Sequence record: DRR723986_4214
DNA length: 47,364 bases
Strand: one strand, 5' to 3'
Program-made: the position numbers and the translations under genes
The notes under the pieces: generated by a model
Told to the model about the DNA's origin: nothing
What the model saw: only the letters and a program-made list of their open reading frames with translations
The model's database searches: none
Shown here: piece by piece, positions 40,561 through 47,364 of the stretch
Layout of the letters: every line of letters begins with the position of its first letter
How positions within the stretch are numbered: the stretch's first letter is position 1

Positions 40561-41721
40561 GTGACCATGACTACAGAAAACCAACCAGCTAAACACCAGG
40601 TCGAACAAATACCTTTGATCAACCTAGACTTTGATATTTATAACCCTAGATTTGGAGCAGAAGTTGGTGCGAGGCAATCTCAACAACAAGTGCTAAATCA
40701 CTTGGTTCAAACATTTGGAGTTGAAGACGTCCTAAGCTCTATAGCGGTGAATGGCTACTTTGTCGCGGAACCTGTTATATGCAAACGTGAGGGCAAGCGG
40801 TTCGTTGTGATCGAGGGCAATAGAAGACTTGCCGCATGCCTCATTCTCTCGGGAGACCCTAGGGCCAAAGATCAAAAAAAATTAACCGCACAATTTCAAG
40901 GCTTACAAAAGCTATCGAACAAGCCCCCCTTCAATAGCATTGCATGTATTGTTTTCGAACCAGAAGAAAGTAAGCACGACTTACTCGCTTATCTTGGGGT
41001 TAGACACATTGCATCATCTCAAGGCTGGGATTCTTATGCAAAAGCAGCTTGGATTGCACGAGCTGTAGAAGAAAATGACATGTCATTAGTAGACATTGCT
41101 GCCATGACCGGAGATCAGAATAAGACCGTCAGTCATCTGCTGGAGGGATTCTACTTCGTAAAGCAGCTTACGGAGACGGGATTTTTTGACCCTAATTCCA
41201 GCTTGAGAAAAGGCAGGGGAAGCAATCAAAAATTCCCATTCTCGTGGGTTTACACTTTACTTTTTTCGCCAATAGCCAGGCGATTTGTAGGTATCGAAGG
41301 CGAACCTCGACCCAATGCAATTCCACAAGATCGACTGCCAAGAGCTGGGATGCTGCTTGAACGTATGTTTGGCTCGATTGGCAAGTCACCCTCAATCGAC
41401 GACTCTAGAGATATAACCCGGTTAGCGCGTTGCCTTGATGACGACCAAAAAATTGCGTTACTAGAAGCTGGGCGACATATTGATCAAATTGAATTTGAAG
41501 TTCAGCCCCTTGCCGACAAGTTGCGCAAAGGGATCCAAGAATGTCGAGATAAGTTAGGGATTCTAAACGCTGCAGTGTCCGAAACCCCGCCTGATCGATC
41601 AGAGGCTGAACAAGCCAAGACGGCATCCCTCGCCCTCGCACATCTTGCAGCCGAGCTCTACAAAAAGCTTGAGGCAGCGTCGAAACCAGAGCAGTTAACA
41701 GATCTACCCCCAGCCCAATAA
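40561..41721 (+). CDS. ParB/Srx-like N-terminal domain protein with a downstream HTH-like segment
   Basis: LDFDIYNPRF, SIAVNGY, EPVI and VVIEGNRRLAA (GxRR nucleotide-binding motif); helix pair MSLVDIAAMTGDQNKTVSHLL; start GTG 40561 or ATG 40567. Confidence 0.75.
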   Translation: MTMTTENQPAKHQVEQIPLINLDFDIYNPRFGAEVGARQSQQQVLNHLVQTFGVEDVLSSIAVNGYFVAEPVICKREGKRFVVIEGNRRLAACLILSGDPRAKDQKKLTAQFQGLQKLSNKPPFNSIACIVFEPEESKHDLLAYLGVRHIASSQGWDSYAKAAWIARAVEENDMSLVDIAAMTGDQNKTVSHLLEGFYFVKQLTETGFFDPNSSLRKGRGSNQKFPFSWVYTLLFSPIARRFVGIEGEPRPNAIPQDRLPRAGMLLERMFGSIGKSPSIDDSRDITRLARCLDDDQKIALLEAGRHIDQIEFEVQPLADKLRKGIQECRDKLGILNAAVSETPPDRSEAEQAKTASLALAHLAAELYKKLEAASKPEQLTDLPPAQ

Positions 41722-42698
41722 TGACAAACCGAAAAGAAGCGTCAGGTAATCGCACTCGCTACGAAAAGCGAGGTGTATATGAGTCACAGTACAAAAACGC
41801 CGATCAAACAGAATGGGCTGCATTCATTGCTGGTTCAGCTCACATTTCGGCGGGCACCAGAGACGACATGATGTCGGACTCAGCGATGGAAAACGGAGAA
41901 CCCAGCTTGCCTGGAGACAGCTATATGACCAGAGAGGCCGTTGAGGAGGGTCTTCAAGCGTCCGTATTGGAAATAGTAGAAGAGAGGAGCAAGTTGCTCG
42001 GTACAGACGGATATCCCTTTAGGCTCATTAACAACAGTCTTACATTTTCAGGTGAGCTGGACAATCCTTATCTCGCACTTCTCGCCCTGTGCCAACTACC
42101 TACATTGAGCAGCACCGCATATAAAGACGCTCCCATGGCATTTGAATACATGAGTTTAATCGCAGCAAGGGCATATCTTGGGCAAAGATCAAGAGGATGG
42201 CGATTCGGATGGCCGAGGACCAACAACTCTCACATGAAAGTTTCAGATGCAGCAAAAGAACTAAAACGAAGAGCGGGAAATGATGAAGATGCATGGCATT
42301 GGTGCCCAGTGCCGTCCAAACCCGAGATACCTAGTACCCGAGACCTTAAAGATGCAGGAATGGATTTCGTGGCGTGGATACCCTGGATAGACGAGGGCCC
42401 AGGGCAGCTTCACTTGGTAGGACAATGCGCGTGCGGAGAAGACTGGAAGTGGAAGAAACACGATTTAGATTTAAATAAGCTCGGTGAGTGGATGCGCCTC
42501 CCCCACCCCCAACCCATCCGAGGTATTTTTACACCTCGTCATCTAGCTTTGCCAACAATCAGAGATACAACGACGGAGGCTGGTTTGGTATTTGACCGAA
42601 TTCGCATCGCACAAGAGATTCAAAAGTGCGTCGCATCGAGGAAAGTGGCGGGAAAATTTGCTCGAAAGATAGTTTGTATAAGTTTATCTAAAGATTAA
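41721..42698 (+). CDS. Hypothetical protein, candidate PD-(D/E)xK-like restriction endonuclease
   Basis: AFE helix, DAGMDFVAW and GQCACGEDWKWK arrangement resembles an Mrr-like/REase core (E...D...QxK/A); TAATG coupling with the upstream gene; next to an MTase. Confidence 0.5.
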   Translation: MTNRKEASGNRTRYEKRGVYESQYKNADQTEWAAFIAGSAHISAGTRDDMMSDSAMENGEPSLPGDSYMTREAVEEGLQASVLEIVEERSKLLGTDGYPFRLINNSLTFSGELDNPYLALLALCQLPTLSSTAYKDAPMAFEYMSLIAARAYLGQRSRGWRFGWPRTNNSHMKVSDAAKELKRRAGNDEDAWHWCPVPSKPEIPSTRDLKDAGMDFVAWIPWIDEGPGQLHLVGQCACGEDWKWKKHDLDLNKLGEWMRLPHPQPIRGIFTPRHLALPTIRDTTTEAGLVFDRIRIAQEIQKCVASRKVAGKFARKIVCISLSKD

Positions 42699-42736
42699 AT
42701 TCTTCGACTACACCAAAACAATTCGAGCAAACCGGG

Positions 42737-43681
42737 CTAATCCCACATGTTCGGGAGAGCCCGAGCCACCGCCTCAAACAATGGGGGCGGGACGGCATTG
42801 CCGACTACCTTGTATCGCATATCTAGGCTGCCTGCAGAAGTGTCCGGAAACAAGAAATCCCCTGAAAATCCTTGGATTCTCGCTGCCTCTCGATAGCTAA
42901 ATCGCCTTGCCCTCCCCTCGGTTTCAAACCTCCAAACGTTGTGCTCCAATTTTTTAAGAGGTGGACTAATAGGATGCAAAGGCATATGGCGGGGGTTAGC
43001 AACAATAGTTTTGGATACCTGATCCCATCCTTGTCTTCGATTACGACTCAAATAGTACCAATGAAAGTCACGATCATAAAATTCACCCTCTGGCCAATCA
43101 GGGAGATCGCTAATCACATCACGAATTGTCAAGCAGGCCCTCGTACCATCAACTCCATGAGATGGGCCAGGAAAGTCATACTCACACCCCAAATCATCTC
43201 GAAGCCCAACAATGAAAATACGTTTCCTAGCTTGAGCCACTCCATAATCCATTGCGTTCAAAACCTTTGCCTTGAGCGTGTACCCGACGTCTGAGAAAAC
43301 CTTGAATTGATCATGAAGTAAATGTAGGAAGTTCGAACGAACCATACCAGACACATTCTCAACAATGAATGCTTTAGGCCGAATTTGATCCAGCGCCCTA
43401 GCAAACTCAAGATATAAGGTATTAATTTTTTTTGATGGGTCTCTTAACCCCCCCTGACTAAATCCCTGGCATGGGTAACAACCAACAAGCAGTTCTGCTC
43501 TAGGAAAGGTTTTCACCGCAGCAACATTCCCGAGCACGTAATCAGTGGATGGGTGATTTGCGAGATAAACGTCTCGAGCGTATGGTAGTAGATCGTTTGC
43601 CATGACAACGTCAAAGCCAGCAGAGATTACTCCCGCGTCTGATCCACCACACCCCGAAAACAACGATACGGCTTGTGGCAT
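42737..43681 (-). CDS. DNA (cytosine-5)-methyltransferase
   Basis: Motif I LFSGCGG, IV YPCQGFS, VI ENVSG, VIII YGVAQARKRIFIVG, IX REAARIQGF, X GNAVPP. Confidence 0.96.
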   Translation of the reverse strand: MPQAVSLFSGCGGSDAGVISAGFDVVMANDLLPYARDVYLANHPSTDYVLGNVAAVKTFPRAELLVGCYPCQGFSQGGLRDPSKKINTLYLEFARALDQIRPKAFIVENVSGMVRSNFLHLLHDQFKVFSDVGYTLKAKVLNAMDYGVAQARKRIFIVGLRDDLGCEYDFPGPSHGVDGTRACLTIRDVISDLPDWPEGEFYDRDFHWYYLSRNRRQGWDQVSKTIVANPRHMPLHPISPPLKKLEHNVWRFETEGRARRFSYREAARIQGFSGDFLFPDTSAGSLDMRYKVVGNAVPPPLFEAVARALPNMWD

Positions 43682-43908
43682 AAATATTCCTGCATGGAGT
43701 TATGAATTAATTATCAACGATATTTTAATCATTTGCGAATCGAGATTTGATCAGTAAAAAAAAAATGCTGTATTTTGCGGTTAAAGCGACTAACTTATCT
43801 CGTATCCGCCTAGTTGAACGCTCGAGTGACCTCACCCTAGATTATCGATCAAATTGTTTAATTACTCGGGTAAACTCAAAAAGACATTTACTATTCCAAC
43901 CTCACTCC

Positions 43909-44559
43909 ATGCCCACACGGCAAATCTGCATCATTGGCGGCACCTTCAACCCCATCCACATGGGGCATCTGCAAATGGCCCGCTCGGCCCAAGCCCAGTG
44001 CATGGCCGATGAAGTATGGTTCATGCCAGCTGGTCAACCTTGGCAAAAACCCAACGCAGACCTCGCACCTGCCGATGTTCGCAAAAAACTGGTTGAACTC
44101 GCCATTGACGGCGTGCACTCCTGGCGCGTAGAGCCCTTTGAAATTGAACATGTTGGGCCCACCTACACTGTGGATACGCTTGAGAAGCTAAGCGAACAGC
44201 ACCCTGCCCACAAATTTTCTTTTGTCATCGGCGCAGACCAACTGGCCAACCTGACCAGCTGGAAACATTGGCAAAGCCTGTTTGATTACGCCCGTATTGG
44301 CGTAGTGGACCGCACCCAGTGGGGCGATTTTCAGGTGCCCGAGGCTTTAAAACGACACTTGCTTCAAGACCGTTTATTTCGTATTCCCATGCCCAGTGTG
44401 AACATCAGTTCCACGCAAATTCGCAGGCAGTTTGAGCTGCTGGGCTCGGCCAATAGCGAGGTGGCGGAAACCGCCCGTTTCAAACTTGAAGCCAGCTTAC
44501 CCACCGCTGTGTTCAAGTACCTGACCCAGCACCCAGTTTATGGTCGCGCCCAGCCCTGA
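43909..44559 (+). CDS. nadD: Nicotinate-nucleotide adenylyltransferase
   Basis: GGTFNPIHMGH, TYTVDTL, IGADQL-x-WKHW and ISSTQIR motifs; ATG 43909. Confidence 0.95.
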   Translation: MPTRQICIIGGTFNPIHMGHLQMARSAQAQCMADEVWFMPAGQPWQKPNADLAPADVRKKLVELAIDGVHSWRVEPFEIEHVGPTYTVDTLEKLSEQHPAHKFSFVIGADQLANLTSWKHWQSLFDYARIGVVDRTQWGDFQVPEALKRHLLQDRLFRIPMPSVNISSTQIRRQFELLGSANSEVAETARFKLEASLPTAVFKYLTQHPVYGRAQP

Positions 44560-44601
44560 AAGTTGTTAGAATTCAGGCAATTAACAAACCTTTGGAATTG
44601 C

Positions 44602-45024
44602 ATGGAATTGCGTAAACTGCAGCGCGTCGTGATTGACGCCCTCGAAGACATCAAGGCACAAGACATCGCCGTTTTCGACACGACCCACCTTACCGGTGTT
44701 TTTGACCGAGTCATCATTGCCTCAGCCTCTTCAAACCGCCAAACCCGCGCCTTGGCCAACAACGTTCGCGAGAAAACCAAGGAAAACGGTGGCGAAGTAT
44801 TCAGCACCGAAGGTGAAGACACTGGAGAATGGGTGTTGGTCGACCTCGGCGATGTGGTGGTGCATTTGATGCAACCCGCCATTCGCGAGTATTACAACCT
44901 GGAAGAAATCTGGGGAGGCAAGCCCGTGCGCGTGAAGCTGAACCCGCACAGCCTGAGCAAGCCCATGCCAGGGGTGGACTATTTCCCCCAGCAGGCTGAA
45001 GCCTACTCAAGCCAGTACAACTAA
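44602..45024 (+). CDS. rsfS: Ribosome silencing factor
   Basis: LEDIKAQDI, SNRQT, WVLVDLGDVVVH and REYYNLEEIW motifs; ATG 44602. Confidence 0.95.
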   Translation: MELRKLQRVVIDALEDIKAQDIAVFDTTHLTGVFDRVIIASASSNRQTRALANNVREKTKENGGEVFSTEGEDTGEWVLVDLGDVVVHLMQPAIREYYNLEEIWGGKPVRVKLNPHSLSKPMPGVDYFPQQAEAYSSQYN

Positions 45025-45039
45025 GATTTTCGCTTCACT

Positions 45040-45510
45040 TTGAAAATCCATGTGATTGCCCTGTCTCACAAGATCGAGCCATGGGCCCAACAGGCCATTG
45101 ATCAGTTTCAGAAGCGCTTTCCTGGCGATTGGAAGCTGACCATCAAAGAACTGAAACCTGAAGACCGGTCTACAGGCAAACCTGTGGAGCAAATTCTCGC
45201 CAAAGAAGCCGAGCGCATTCGTGCGGCCATTCCAAGCGGCGCACGGGTGGTTGCGCTGGACGAACGGGGCGAGCGACACACGAGCAAAGCCCTAGCTGAG
45301 CAACTTCAAAAATGGCACAACAGCAGCGAAACACTGTGCCTGCTCATCGGCAGTGCCGATGGGCTTGATGAAACCCTGAAGCAGCAATGCCAAGGCATGT
45401 GGCGGCTTTCCGACCTCACCCTGCCCCATGCACTGGCGCGCGTGCTGTTGGTGGAAGCGCTGTACCGCGCATTTTCCATTACCATTGGGCATCCGTACCA
45501 CCGCGAATAA
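45040..45510 (+). CDS. rlmH: 23S rRNA m3Psi1915 methyltransferase
   Basis: VALDERG, LIGSADGL, LSDLTLPH, EALYRA and HPYHRE motifs; TTG start. Confidence 0.95.
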   Translation: MKIHVIALSHKIEPWAQQAIDQFQKRFPGDWKLTIKELKPEDRSTGKPVEQILAKEAERIRAAIPSGARVVALDERGERHTSKALAEQLQKWHNSSETLCLLIGSADGLDETLKQQCQGMWRLSDLTLPHALARVLLVEALYRAFSITIGHPYHRE

Positions 45511-45518
45511 TCCCCAAC

Positions 45519-46178
45519 ATGAACACACCCGTTCGCCCCGAGCACAGTGGCCTGCCGGCCCAGGTTTGGCTTGCTTCGCGCAGCCCGCGCAGGCTTGAAT
45601 TACTTCAAACACTCGGATTCACAGTGCAGGTGTTTCTGGCACAGAGCAGACCCGAGGCAGAAGCGCTTGAAGCGCCTTTTGAACAAGAGGACCCCTTGTT
45701 GTACGTGCAACGCGTAACCCAACTGAAACTGAATGCAGCGCTGGAGGCCATGCGTGCGCAGCGCCTAAGCGGGCTGGTATTGGCCGCGGACACCACGGTT
45801 GCACTGAACGGCCATATTCTGGGCAAACCGCAAAATGCCATCGAAGCATTGGCGATGCTGAATGGCCTCTCCAACACCACGCACGAAGTCCACACCGCTG
45901 TGGCTGGTGCCTGGCTTGACAACAAGGGCGGCACCACTGCCCAAAACGCCGTGCAAACGTCGCACGTGGAATTCTCCAAGATTCCCGAAACCTTCATGCA
46001 TGCCTACATTGCCAGTGGTGAGCCTTTCGACAAAGCGGGTGCCTACGGCATTCAGGGGATCGCAGGGCAATACGTTCGTCACATTTCCGGCAGTCATTCT
46101 GGCATTATGGGTTTACCACTGTTTGAAACCAGCGAATTGATACGCCAACTCCAAACAGCGGCCCAAAACAGAAACTGA
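45519..46178 (+). CDS. maf: Maf family nucleoside triphosphate pyrophosphatase (YhdE type)
   Basis: LASRSPRRLELL, AADTTV, LGKP, DKAGAYGIQG and IMGLPL motifs; ATG 45519. Confidence 0.93.
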   Translation: MNTPVRPEHSGLPAQVWLASRSPRRLELLQTLGFTVQVFLAQSRPEAEALEAPFEQEDPLLYVQRVTQLKLNAALEAMRAQRLSGLVLAADTTVALNGHILGKPQNAIEALAMLNGLSNTTHEVHTAVAGAWLDNKGGTTAQNAVQTSHVEFSKIPETFMHAYIASGEPFDKAGAYGIQGIAGQYVRHISGSHSGIMGLPLFETSELIRQLQTAAQNRN

Positions 46179-46216
46179 GCTGCAACAAGAATCGATTAAT
46201 ACCCAAGAAGCAAAAG

Positions 46217-47364
46217 ATGATCAACGAACAAATACTGGTGAACGTGACACCGCAGGAAACGCGCGTGGCCATTGTTCAGCACGGTGCTGTGCAAGAACTT
46301 CACATTGAACGCACGTCCACACGCGGCATTGTGGGCAATGTGTACTTGGGCAAAGTAGTGCGCGTGTTGCCCGGCATGCAATCTGCATTTGTCGACATTG
46401 GACTGGAGCGCGCAGCATTTCTGCATGTGGCCGACCTGTGGGAACACCGCACCTACAACCACCACCAATCAAAGCAAAACGGCAATCCGCCGCCTGCCAT
46501 TGAAAAAATGGTGTTCGAAGGGCAAACCATCATTGTGCAAGTGAGCAAAGACCCGCTGGGCACCAAAGGCGCCCGCTTAACCACCCAAATCAGCCTGGCT
46601 GGCCGCATGCTGGTGCACCTGCCGCAAGACCCACACATCGGTGTTTCACAGCGCATCGAGAATGAAGGCGAGCGAGAAGAGCTGCGCGCGAAACTAACCC
46701 GCCTGCTGCCCGAGAACACGGGTGGCTTCATTATCCGCACGCACGCCGAAGAAGCCACCGATGAAGAATTGACCGCCGATGTGAATTACCTGCGAACCCG
46801 CTGGCGCGAGATGCTGGAATTGACCCGCACGAAGCCCGCACCCAGCCTGATTTACGAAGACCTGACCATGGCGCAGCGTGTGGTGCGCGACCTGGTGAGT
46901 GCAGACACCCAAGCCATTCTGATTGATTCAAAAGAAACCCTGAAAAACCTGCTGACCTTTGCTGAAACCTATGCACAGGAAACCAAAGACCGCCTTCAAC
47001 TGCATCAGGGTGAAAGACCACTGTTCGAGCTGTACAACATTGAAGACGAATTGCAAAAGGCGCTGGGCCGCCGGGTTGAACTGAAATCGGGCGGATACGT
47101 GATCATCGATCAAACCGAAGCCCTCACGACAATTGACGTGAATACGGGCGGTTTCATTGGGGCCCGCAATTTTGAAGAAACGGTGTTTAAGACCAATCTG
47201 GAAGCGGCACACGCCATTGCACGCCAATTACGCTTGCGCAACCTGGGTGGCATCATCGTGATCGACTTCATCGACATGAGCACCGAGGAACACAAAAAAG
47301 CAGTACTGACGGAATTGCAAAAGGCGTTGGACCGCGACCGCGCACGCACCAGCGTGACCGACTT
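46217..47364 (+). CDS. rng: Ribonuclease G (partial, runs off the right edge; absent from the ORF track)
   Basis: Hand translation gives MINEQILVNVTPQETRVA...VGNVYLGKVVRVLPGMQSAFVDIG...KDPLGTKGARLT...TIDVNTG...RLRNLGGIIVIDFIDM; follows maf. Confidence 0.95.
   Translation, partial: MINEQILVNVTPQETRVAIVQHGAVQELHIERTSTRGIVGNVYLGKVVRVLPGMQSAFVDIGLERAAFLHVADLWEHRTYNHHQSKQNGNPPPAIEKMVFEGQTIIVQVSKDPLGTKGARLTTQISLAGRMLVHLPQDPHIGVSQRIENEGEREELRAKLTRLLPENTGGFIIRTHAEEATDEELTADVNYLRTRWREMLELTRTKPAPSLIYEDLTMAQRVVRDLVSADTQAILIDSKETLKNLLTFAETYAQETKDRLQLHQGERPLFELYNIEDELQKALGRRVELKSGGYVIIDQTEALTTIDVNTGGFIGARNFEETVFKTNLEAAHAIARQLRLRNLGGIIVIDFIDMSTEEHKKAVLTELQKALDRDRARTSVTD

Larger units (their letters stand above)
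40334..43908. mobile_element. Small AT-richer genomic islet (3 genes) between hemF and nadD; no integrase or terminal repeats seen
   Basis: AT-rich spacers (40334-40560, 43682-43908), visibly different codon usage (aga, cta, ata, tta), and interruption of the usually contiguous purD-hemF-nadD-rsfS-rlmH-maf-rng block. Confidence 0.75.

Noticed and set aside
40349-43908. Direct-repeat att sites at the islet ends (taacaccccactc versus caacctcactcc)
   Set aside because: The similarity is too short and imperfect to distinguish from chance.
43747-43908. N-terminal extension of nadD
   Set aside because: It lies in the AT-rich islet spacer; NadD homology starts at ATG 43909.

Overview
Core chromosomal region of a betaproteobacterium (Burkholderiales; gene content and order suggest a Limnobacter-like organism, which is an inference). 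It is dominated by cofactor and housekeeping genes: queE-queD, PMM/PGM, apaH, yqgE-yqgF-pyrR-pyrB-pyrC'-plsC, photolyase, thiD-thiE-hemL, rubredoxin, thiS-thiG-trmB, nadB/nadA-nadC, thiC with a TPP riboswitch, glnS, dadA with a tandem glycine riboswitch, mscL, and yebC-purD-hemF...nadD-rsfS-rlmH-maf-rng. Two accessory modules stand out. (1) 24597-26792: a three-gene operon resembling the Caulobacterales holdfast-anchor / curli-like system (HfaD-like repeat protein, HfaA-like small protein, HfaB/CsgG-like lipoprotein), unexpected in a betaproteobacterium. (2) 40334-43908: an AT-richer island splitting hemF from nadD, encoding a ParB-like CTPase-HTH protein, a coupled PD-(D/E)xK-like nuclease candidate and a convergent C5 DNA methyltransferase, a candidate undescribed restriction/defence system. 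Also seen: a candidate anti-Shine-Dalgarno small RNA (1205-1265), a TPP riboswitch with altered pyrophosphate-sensing junctions, a degenerate chemoreceptor-like protein, an orphan ArsS-type radical SAM gene and a 57-bp-period direct repeat at the left edge. All family assignments come from motif recognition by eye; no database searches were run.
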